Below the pieces are notes generated by a model. That model worked only from the letters and a program-made list of their open reading frames with translations, was not told the DNA's origin and searched no databases. Of a stretch of DNA of 64,000 bases, positions 20,176 through 28,303 are shown piece by piece (position 1 is the stretch's first letter; the number at the start of each line of letters is the position of its first letter). Location: positions 192,001-256,000 of the forward strand of contig CAWJQQ010000005.1 of the NCBI GenBank assembly GCA_963845065.1, written 5' to 3'. The translations under genes were made by a program, and so were the position numbers. The DNA is from Nitrospirota bacterium. Lineage in GTDB: Bacteria; Nitrospirota; UBA9217.

Positions 20176-20419
20176 ACTTGACTCCGCTATCGTAAGAGGC
20201 CTTCTCGTTGTTGCAATAGATTCCTTCTTCATTGCAATCCGGGCATCGCAGAAGCACAATTTTAACTGCTCGGTTATTTTGATTAATGTCCTTATGGTAT
20301 GCTTTGCAATTCTTTAAATACATTGGTTCTGGTTTTAAATAGCCGTAGGGGATCGAAAAAACACACCCACGCTTAACGTCAAGTTCCATGTAGCAAAACT
20401 GATCAAGCGGATATTTCAT
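20159..20419 (-). CDS. Small Cys-containing hypothetical protein
   Basis: 86-aa ORF with CPDC motif, co-oriented and overlapping the xis-like gene. Confidence 0.5.
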   Translation of the reverse strand: MKYPLDQFCYMELDVKRGCVFSIPYGYLKPEPMYLKNCKAYHKDINQNNRAVKIVLLRCPDCNEEGIYCNNEKASYDSGVKYENGH

Positions 20420-20521
20420 TTTCTAATTCCCTCTATAAAACGCACTTCTTGAAGTTCACAGTTCACTGCACAGCCTATAGAATAACCAGAAAAAACAAGG
20501 CACTTGCAATAGCGCACTGCT

Positions 20522-20806
20522 TCAATTAGGCAGTTCCCGCCCTTGATTAAACGTCCTTTTTATCAGCTGGAAGTCTTTCTTTACAGCACCAGATTTCACA
20601 CATAGGGCACCAGGTAGCCATATCGTGACCGTGCTGTTATAAGCTCCTTCTGTTTCTTTTTCGTTCTGGTTCTGATTATAAGGACAACGCGCAAGCTGTT
20701 CTGGTGTTGGTTTGACGTATCCAACAGGAATGAGATGAATCGCAATTTGCGGCTCTTGTCTGAATCGAATTTCGAGCTTATTTAATCTATTTTTCAGATT
20801 GGTCAT
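20522..20806 (-). CDS. Hypothetical protein (MTNLKNRLNKLE N-terminus)
   Basis: Overlaps upstream gene; short coiled-coil start typical of small integrated elements. Confidence 0.6.
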   Translation of the reverse strand: MTNLKNRLNKLEIRFRQEPQIAIHLIPVGYVKPTPEQLARCPYNQNQNEKETEGAYNSTVTIWLPGALCVKSGAVKKDFQLIKRTFNQGRELPN

Positions 20807-21167
20807 GGCTTTCCTCTACGAGTGAGAGACGCCTTTCTATTTCTTCGAGTTCAATAAATTTAGCTATATAATCAATAATAGAGATTGAAGCACGTAGTCT
20901 TATTGATTCGCTTTTTGCTTTTAATAATCTTCGGAGTACATGTACGGCCTCTTCAGCACCAATTTTCAATTCATGCAAAGCTAAATCAATGACAGCCTTT
21001 TTTTGCTTCTCAAATTCGTCCTTGAATGTTGAATCTTGGAGCCAATTATAAAAAGTGGCTAGGGAGATACCCGCCAAGGATACACCGCTTGAAATCGTTC
21101 TGCTTGAAATAATGACTGTGATGGCCCGCCGTTGTCGAGCAGACAAATTATGTCTATTCGTGTCCAT
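20787..21167 (-). CDS. HTH protein, terminase small subunit-like
   Basis: LSARQRRAI...AGISLATFYNWLQDSTF HTH followed by helical oligomerisation-like region IRLRASISII...IERRLSLVE. Confidence 0.6.
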   Translation of the reverse strand: MDTNRHNLSARQRRAITVIISSRTISSGVSLAGISLATFYNWLQDSTFKDEFEKQKKAVIDLALHELKIGAEEAVHVLRRLLKAKSESIRLRASISIIDYIAKFIELEEIERRLSLVEESHDQSEK

Positions 21168-21216
21168 TGCTCCTCTTGACGTAAGAGCGAAAGTTTTTCA
21201 TTAATGCCTTTTTTTG

Positions 21217-21816
21217 TTATCGACTTTTTCGCACATATCCCATTACAGATTTTGGAGCGTGAAAATCGAAGATTTTCACGCTTCTCTTGTGGATATCTAT
21301 GAAGTATTTTCTTTGGTATCGTTGTCTCGAATTGTCAAGTTTTATACCGATTTTATAAAAAGCATTTCTGAATTTGATATAGCTCTTTTTAAAATGAGAT
21401 GTGTTTGTTTCATATTGGCCCATCATTAATGCCCATTTGTAAAGGTTGATACCTTCAGTTGTCGGTGTGTACCAGGTTGTTCTATAATATTTATGGTTAT
21501 TGAAGTTTCCAGTTTCCAACAAAGGCAAATCAAAGTTTCCTGATCTACTAGTCAAACATTGTAATGTGCGATGATAGGTTGCAGGGCTCAGATATGGGAA
21601 TACGTCATTCAATGCCGTCGTTGAAAAATATATCCACCATTTTCCTTCGATCATCCTTCCCAAATACTGATTAGTGTATTGAAACATCAGATACTCAAAC
21701 AATATCGCTTCGTTTAAACCAAGCCCCTCTGCTAACGTTTTGTCAAAGACAACGATATTCTTTCGCCTCAATCGTATAGAGTCTTTATTTTTGTCAACAC
21801 TTATATCATTACTCAT
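21217..21816 (-). CDS. Phage-type replication initiator (winged-helix)
   Basis: LAEGLGLNEAIL...EGKWWIYFS...FPYLS...TGNFN...RTTWY resembles phage replisome-organiser N-termini. Confidence 0.7.
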   Translation of the reverse strand: MSNDISVDKNKDSIRLRRKNIVVFDKTLAEGLGLNEAILFEYLMFQYTNQYLGRMIEGKWWIYFSTTALNDVFPYLSPATYHRTLQCLTSRSGNFDLPLLETGNFNNHKYYRTTWYTPTTEGINLYKWALMMGQYETNTSHFKKSYIKFRNAFYKIGIKLDNSRQRYQRKYFIDIHKRSVKIFDFHAPKSVMGYVRKSR

Positions 21817-22078
21817 TGTGCAGCTCTTTGCGAAAACGCATCATTGCCGTTTTTAGATGCTTATGCGACTCAATATATTTTGCTAAGTTGACGGTAATTG
21901 TGTGTGAATTGTAATCGCTGAGGCTTTGATAGAGTTCACTAGAGGGAGTGAAAACGAAAAAGACACGGTTGCTGTGAATTTGAAGCTTCGGATTAAGTCC
22001 GCGATAAGCGAAAAATGCCGCTTCCCATATATCGGATGAAATGAAAGGCTTTTGCTTTTGATGTGGGGTTGTCGTCAT
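21809..22078 (-). CDS. DUF5659-like small protein
   Basis: SSDIWEAAFFAYRG...RVFFVF pattern; overlaps rep start. Confidence 0.6.
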   Translation of the reverse strand: MTTTPHQKQKPFISSDIWEAAFFAYRGLNPKLQIHSNRVFFVFTPSSELYQSLSDYNSHTITVNLAKYIESHKHLKTAMMRFRKELHNE

Positions 22079-22126
22079 GCGCCGTTCTCCTTGTCGTTAT
22101 CATGGATCGCGGCGCCCTTTTGAGAC

Positions 22127-22178
22127 AAAAAAAGGACGCCGAAGTTCGATTGAATAAAGAATCGTTCTCACGACGCCC
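22127..22178 (-). terminator. Intrinsic terminator in the leader of the replication operon
   Basis: Minus strand GGGCGTCG...CGATT-loop-AATCG...CGGCGTCC followed by T7. Confidence 0.7.
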
Positions 22179-22297
22179 TCTCTGTGGCTAATTATTATTA
22201 CGACCTTGCGTTGGCTTGGCTGCTTTGGAGTCGTCCTCGGCTTTTAATGAACGCCTGCCCGTAATAATTACGTGGTAATACTAACTCTATTGTCATT

Positions 22298-22326
22298 ATT
22301 TTAGATAATAAATTGGTGTCTGTCAA
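22298..22326 (-). promoter_or_regulatory. sigma70 promoter TTGACA-N17-TAAAAT for the leftward operon
   Basis: Near-consensus hexamers with 17-bp spacer on minus strand. Confidence 0.7.
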
Positions 22327-22575
22327 GATATATTTCGTATTTAGTGATACGGCATAATAAGAAATGTTATTATTTAGAGCTCCAAATAGAATGTATCACT
22401 TTGTAAGTTTTATATGGCGCGACCACAATAGCTGTTAAGTGCGTATCAAGCAAAAATTCTTGAATAAGCATTCTTTTTATTATAAGATGACCATTGGGTT
22501 AGAATTGTATTTTCAGGCGTTCATGTTACTGCTACGGTGACTTATAACAAATGTACTCATATTCGAGGAGGGTTT

Positions 22576-22731
22576 ATGGACGAAGAAAAGGTTAAGTGCC
22601 CGAAGTGTGGTTCGACTCAGGTTCACGCTGAAAAGCGTGGGTGGAGTTCGTTGACGGGATTAATCGGTTCAGGCAAGATCATTCTGACATGCTTAAAATG
22701 CGGCAACACGTTCAAGCCAGGAGAGGGATAG
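22576..22731 (+). CDS. Small zinc-ribbon protein (51 aa)
   Basis: CPKCGS...CLKCG, GGAGG RBS. Confidence 0.75.
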   Translation: MDEEKVKCPKCGSTQVHAEKRGWSSLTGLIGSGKIILTCLKCGNTFKPGEG

Positions 22732-23100
22732 CTTCATTTTGATACAATCTCGGATTGTAAGTTGAATGGATTTTTAGGAGCTATAACGTTAACCTTATAA
22801 TGACAATTTCGCCATATACAATGACATCGAAGAAGTGAAATGATTTACGAACTTAATGAAATGCAAATATAATTAATACCTTTAAGACAGTTAGAAGTTG
22901 CAAAGGGGTGGGGCTACATTATGGTGGCGTCCCGAAGTGGTTGCCATAGCGAAAGCGCTACGTTTAATTTCTCTTCAGAATTAACTAGAATTTATAAATT
23001 TTGAATAGAAGAACTTTCTTGACACAACAATATATATTGTATAATATTAATTTGTAAACCACTCAATGTTGTGTAAATAGCAAACTTGGGGGCATATTTA

Positions 23101-24546
23101 ATGGGAATTTCTATCGTAGAATTGACGACTATTAAGGATAGAAATTCTAAAGCGTAGACTTCCCTGAATGCTAGGACCGCTTTACACCATAAATACACCG
23201 ATAAACTTATAGTTAATCCAGAGCTAAAACGAGCGTTAGTTTCCTTTCAAGCTAATAAATCTACTCCTTTTTATCGCTGGCTTAAATACAAAGAAGCATT
23301 CTCGTCCGAATTTGTACGTTACATATTGGAAAAGTTTAAGCCCCATGCTTCAGATACTTGCCCGTTCGTCCTCGATCCTTTTGCCGGTGCCGGGACTACA
23401 CTCACCACAGCTTCAAAAATGAGCTGGCAGGCCATTGGTATAGAGCTTTTGCCTGTGGGTGTGGCTGCAATCAAGGCGCGTCTTTTAGCGGATAAAGTAA
23501 ATATAAAATCATTCATATATTACATTGGAAAATTAGAAAATTATCCACTTAATTCGTCAACGTCGAAGGGCTTTAAATTCCCTCATCTCCGTATTACCGA
23601 AAAGGCTTTTTCGAAGCGCACTGAAAGGGCAATATCATCATACATAGCATTCACTAAAAATATACGGAATGCGGATGTGCGCTATTTATTCTGGTTTGCT
23701 TGCCTGTCCATATTGGAAGATGTGAGCTTTACTCGCAAAGATGGTCAATATCTTCGCTGGGATTCACGTTCAGGCCGGCGATTAAAGTCAAATTTTGATA
23801 AAGGTACTATCCATGATTTCAAATCTGCAATTCACAAAAAGCTTCGTCTCATGCATGAAGATATTAGTAAACATAATGGGGGAACATTTTCTAGAAATGT
23901 AAAAGTTATTGAAAACTCAGCTTGACAGAACTTCCATCACTTCAAGATGCCACATTTGATTTGGTAATCACATCGCCGCCATATTGCAACCGCTATGACT
24001 ATACGCGCACTTACGCCCTTGAATTAGCTTTTATGCATCATAATGATGAAAAAGTTAAAGAACTACGTCAAACACTACTGTCAGCAACGGTAGAAAATAA
24101 GACTAAGCAAAAACAACTTGAAAAGGAATATAGCTTTAGAAACCAAGAGAACCGTTACAATGTAGCTTTAGCGGCGTTTAATAATCAAGCAGCTTTACAT
24201 GAAGTTCTTGGTATTCTTTTTAAGGCAGGTGAGAAAGGGGAATTGAATAACAACAATATACCTAACCTTGTGAAAAATTATTTTTTTGAAATGAACATTG
24301 TAATACATGAACTTACCGAGTTGTAAGCCTGGCGGGAGAGTCGTCATGGTCAATGATAATGTTCAGTACCATGGCGAAGAAATTCCAGTAGACCTAATTC
24401 TTTCTGATTTCGCAACTGGTGCAGGTCTTATTGTTGATCATATTTGGGTATTATCACGCGGAAAAGGTAACAGTAGCCAACAAATGGGTGCACATGGCAG
24501 AAACGAAATCCGTAAATGTGTTTATGTCTGGTCTAAGCCTCTATAA
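23101..24546 (+). pseudogene. Amino (N4C/N6A) DNA methyltransferase, disrupted
   Basis: VSFQANK...RWLKYKEAFS, VLDPFAGAGTT, VITSPPY; in-frame TAG at 23155-23157 and frameshifts near 23920 and 24320. Confidence 0.85.
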
Positions 24547-24567
24547 TACACTAAGGATTTAATAATA

Positions 24568-25527
24568 ATGACGGAATCGAATCATTACACTGATGATCTT
24601 CGCCTTATAAAATCACTCCTTATAGTAACTTCCCTTCAGAAAAGAAAAGATATCCAAGCAATTAATCTTATTAAAAAATTTTCTGACAATCTTACTTGGA
24701 AACCGATCAGCAATCTTTTAATAGAAAATAGTGTCTGGAAATATGAGGTTGAAAAGCAAGATTATGACCCCAAGCTTGTTTTTTGTCATCCACAGGTACT
24801 TATGTATAACCCTGCGACCAGCCTTTATTATAGAGGGCTTTGTAGCCTATCCTTAAAAGCCGTTAAAGACTATTTTGGTGCAGTAGAGTCACTCGAATCA
24901 GGTACGAATATTCACCTAGATAGTGAGAAGGCACTAAAAATGGCACGCACTTACAATACTTTTATTTGTTCAATTATTAAGAACTCCACAGATTGGACTC
25001 TTGAAAACGGGAATCGCACTATTATAGCCACCTTAGGAATAACCCTTGATGGATCAATGCGAAATAAAGTTGGAGGCATTGCAGAGGAACGAATTCGAAC
25101 ACTTATTGTTGATTGGCTAAGTGAACGTGATCTCATCTTGGAACCAAAAAAAATTAATCACGAAAGTATTCCCAGCAAATGCACGCTTCGAAAAAACATT
25201 ATTATGCGTTTCGGCTCTGAGCCGGATATATCATTCCTTAAAGATGATGTTCTATTGGCTGTGGTTGAAATCAAGGGAGGGATTGATCCAGCCGGAGCGT
25301 TAGAACGATATGGTGCTGCAACTAAATCATTTCAACACAGCATTCATGTAAGTCCACTATGCAGAAACTTTTATCTAGGGGCTGTTCTTACACCTGAATT
25401 AGAGAGACGCATCAGTACTGATCGTTTGGTGGAAAAGACATTCAATATTATCGAGATTCTTGACGATCCTGAGAAAAGACAACACTTCTTTAATGAGCTA
25501 TTCCATCATACCCTCCGACTAATATGA
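24568..25527 (+). CDS. Type II restriction endonuclease, XcyI-like PD-(D/E)xK
   Basis: VFCHPQVL...YYRG, GSMRNKVGGIAE, SEPDISF...VVEIKGG; directly downstream of the MTase. Confidence 0.75.
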   Translation: MTESNHYTDDLRLIKSLLIVTSLQKRKDIQAINLIKKFSDNLTWKPISNLLIENSVWKYEVEKQDYDPKLVFCHPQVLMYNPATSLYYRGLCSLSLKAVKDYFGAVESLESGTNIHLDSEKALKMARTYNTFICSIIKNSTDWTLENGNRTIIATLGITLDGSMRNKVGGIAEERIRTLIVDWLSERDLILEPKKINHESIPSKCTLRKNIIMRFGSEPDISFLKDDVLLAVVEIKGGIDPAGALERYGAATKSFQHSIHVSPLCRNFYLGAVLTPELERRISTDRLVEKTFNIIEILDDPEKRQHFFNELFHHTLRLI

Positions 25528-25841
25528 GAATATGATCTTGCAATAGCTTGATCGTCTTATAAAAAAAATTGGAGAAAGCAACGTCTCCTTCACGACATTT
25601 GCATCCTAAACACAATATATGCTAAAGGTGGCTATTTATTTGATGAAGAACTGTCAAATGGAAACATCATAGCTAGACTCAACGATGACCTGAGTGCGTC
25701 GTGTAAGATATTTCAAATTAATAAACGTACTGAATATTGCGACACGCTACAGAGGCAATAGCTCTCAACAAATAAAAGAATACAAACGCAGCCATCTCGC
25801 GAAGGCACTGTGGTTTGGGAAAAATAATTTAAGGTATTGAT

Positions 25842-26843
25842 ATGTATTTAGAAAAAATTGCTTATTTGATTGGGGCAGGAGCAACTCACGCGGAAATAAT
25901 GAATCTAGAAGCGAGTCATAGCGAAACATTTATAAGAAAAAATGGATTAAAAATTTCTGATGTCTCAAGAAGAGTAATGAAACGTGCTCAAAATAACAAA
26001 AGATTCAAGCAAGATGTGGAAGCAGTTACATACCGAATAGGTACAGTGAATATAGAATTGTTGATCTCGCTTTTTGAAGCCAATCAAATATCTGACGTCG
26101 ATTATAAGGTTAATTATCTTAAAAAACTGGTTGAGAAAGACATAATGGAAATACTTTCGTCAGAAAAGAAAAAATTTTTTTATTTACATAAGGCTTTATT
26201 TGAGCTACATAATTTAATTAAGAATAAAGAACAACTGACTGGTATTATATCGCTAAATTACGATGATATATTAGATTCGGCTTACGAAGAAATTTGTAAA
26301 CGGAAGCCAAATTATTGCTTTATCACAGATAAAGGGAAAGATATTCCCCTGCTAAAATTACACGGATCTTTTAATTGGACTGAGATTAGCATTTTCGGGA
26401 AAAAAAAGACTATTCCGATTATTCCTTTGGGATTAAATAAAAATTATTTAATTCCACCATACAATTCCTTTTGGAGTCATACACTTGAAGTCCTTGTCCA
26501 ATGCGACAAACTAAGAGTTATTGGTTGCTCTTTAAGTCAAAACGATATTGGGTTAATTGATTTATTATTTAAAGCTCATTTAGAAAGAAGTACTCATTTT
26601 GTTATGGAAATAATAGACATGGATGGAGTAGGCGAAAAAATTAAAGAAGTATATGGTTTTTTCCCTGGAATAAAAACCCTTCGAGAAATCGAAGATTCGT
26701 TAATACCCGTTGATACAAATGTAGAAGCTGAATTAACTAATCCCTTTAAAATATGGTTAAAAGCGAAAGCGGAAAGAATGCTAAGTGCAAGAAGAATTAA
26801 TAATACGAAGCATCTAAAAAAAGTGTTCAAACATAGTAGCTAG
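25842..26843 (+). CDS. SIR2-like (SIR2_2) putative NADase
   Basis: YLIGAGA, ISLNYDDILD, LLKLHGSFNW, VIGCSLSQND motifs. Confidence 0.85.
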   Translation: MYLEKIAYLIGAGATHAEIMNLEASHSETFIRKNGLKISDVSRRVMKRAQNNKRFKQDVEAVTYRIGTVNIELLISLFEANQISDVDYKVNYLKKLVEKDIMEILSSEKKKFFYLHKALFELHNLIKNKEQLTGIISLNYDDILDSAYEEICKRKPNYCFITDKGKDIPLLKLHGSFNWTEISIFGKKKTIPIIPLGLNKNYLIPPYNSFWSHTLEVLVQCDKLRVIGCSLSQNDIGLIDLLFKAHLERSTHFVMEIIDMDGVGEKIKEVYGFFPGIKTLREIEDSLIPVDTNVEAELTNPFKIWLKAKAERMLSARRINNTKHLKKVFKHSS

Positions 26844-26852
26844 GAGAGAACA

Positions 26853-27944
26853 ATGTCAGGCAAATCAACAAAATTTACACTTGAAACAATTAAAGTTAAA
26901 GAATTTATCGATGACTACATGTATCGCATAGACATAGATGCTGAGTATCAGCGGGAAAAAATATGGTCAACTGAACAGCAGGAAAAATTATTAGATTCAA
27001 TAATTAATGACATTGATATTCCTAAAATTTATCTCGTTAAGGTAAAAGATAATAAGCAATTTGATTTTGAATGTATTGATGGAAAACAACGCATGACCAC
27101 GTTGTTGAGATTTTTTAAGCCGGAACCAGCTGAAGAATTACCTTTGAAGATAAAATTTTTGCAAGACGAATATACTTATGAGGAATTAAAAGTTGATTAT
27201 CCAAAGATTGTAGAAAAAATAGAAAATTATAAATTAAGTTTTTGCATTTATGAATCTATCGATGAAAACCATGTAAGAGAAATATTTAGACGATTGCAAT
27301 TAGGCATAAGACTTAATTCGGGTGAATTGCTTAAGACAAGAACAGGCACAATACGAGATTTTATTTATAAGAAAATTGGGAATGACGGCCCCTTTTTTAG
27401 AAATACGAGTTTGTCTGAGAAGAGATTTTCCAGACCATTTACACTTGCTCAGATATGCATAAATTCTTTTGCAAAAGCTAAACCAGAAGGTGAATTTGTT
27501 AGAGCTAGATTGCAGGATATAGAAAATTTTTTTGATGTCAATCATAATTTAGACAGTAAAGATAAAAATCTTGTCCGTATAGAAAAAGTTTTGATAGAGA
27601 TGGATAAGGCTTTCAAAAATGATGCTTCTATAATATCAAGTAGGGCAGTTGCAGTAACAGCATACCTTTTTGTTGAGGAATTGTTTGTGAATAAAAAAAA
27701 TAATCTTATTCCAGTCTTCTCAAAATTTTACGTGAAACTACTTAACGAAATTATAGCCAATATGGAACTTTTAAGTAACTATAGTAAGCCTAAAAACCTA
27801 ATTCTAATGGAAGAATTCCAAAAGTATATTCTCCAAGCTTCCGTTGAAGGGTATTCGATTAAAAGAAGGCATAATTTTCTTAAAAAAGCTTTTGATTATT
27901 ACAATACTCCGAAAACGAAAGGGAAAATTATAGGAAGTAAATAA
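26853..27944 (+). CDS. DUF262 (ParB/Srx-like, GmrS-type) domain protein without HNH domain
   Basis: YQREKIW, LLDSIINDIDIPKIYL, IDGKQRMTTL, EIFRRLQLGIRLN. Confidence 0.88.
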   Translation: MSGKSTKFTLETIKVKEFIDDYMYRIDIDAEYQREKIWSTEQQEKLLDSIINDIDIPKIYLVKVKDNKQFDFECIDGKQRMTTLLRFFKPEPAEELPLKIKFLQDEYTYEELKVDYPKIVEKIENYKLSFCIYESIDENHVREIFRRLQLGIRLNSGELLKTRTGTIRDFIYKKIGNDGPFFRNTSLSEKRFSRPFTLAQICINSFAKAKPEGEFVRARLQDIENFFDVNHNLDSKDKNLVRIEKVLIEMDKAFKNDASIISSRAVAVTAYLFVEELFVNKKNNLIPVFSKFYVKLLNEIIANMELLSNYSKPKNLILMEEFQKYILQASVEGYSIKRRHNFLKKAFDYYNTPKTKGKIIGSK

Positions 27945-28209
27945 TTTGATCTATTCTTAACTTTTTTGAAACAATGCAACCTTCTACTCTAAAGAGAAGG
28001 TTCACATTCCCATTACATTTACCCACCTATATTAACTTGGCCCCCCTGTTTTCGTTAAATAGCCGCCTTATGCAGTGTGCAGTAGATTGTGCAGTAGAGG
28101 TCGGAATCAGGCGGAATATACGGAAAACGGCCTCCGATGGGAAGTCGAATAACCGAAAGAAAAAGCAAGAAAAGGGAAGGGACGATAAATTGTCCCTTCC
28201 TATCTGAAC

Positions 28210-28262
28210 GCCTTCACACGGCAGGGGTCGCTGGTTCAAACCCAGCATCGCCCACCATGGAA
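28210..28262 (+). repeat. attR: 53-bp direct repeat (partial tRNA-Val)
   Basis: Identical to 17787-17839; lacks tRNA 5' half. Confidence 0.95.
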
Positions 28263-28267
28263 ATGAC

Positions 28268-28302
28268 AAAGAGGTTAACCGATAAGGTTAACCTCTTTTT
28301 TT
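28268..28302 (+). terminator. Intrinsic terminator (original tRNA terminator)
   Basis: AAAGAGGTTAACC-GATAA-GGTTAACCTCTTT + T-run. Confidence 0.9.
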
Positions 28303-28303
28303 A

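Larger units (their letters stand above)
17840..28262. mobile_element. ~10.4 kb tRNA-Val-integrated element (phage-satellite-like) with defence cargo
   Basis: Flanked by 53-bp repeats, integrase at one end, phage-like regulatory and replication genes, AT-rich cargo, no structural or conjugation genes. Confidence 0.9.

Noticed and set aside
22922..22940. Possible tRNA 3'-end remnant (old att site) on the minus strand, CCACTTCGGGACGCCACCA
   Set aside because: Too short, no T-loop and no partner repeat in the window.
25560..25762. Open stretch between the REase and the SIR2 gene as a third system component
   Set aside because: No start codon or RBS and no recognisable motif; at most a remnant.
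28210..28257. Second tRNA-Val gene
   Set aside because: Only the 3' half is present; it is the attR duplication.
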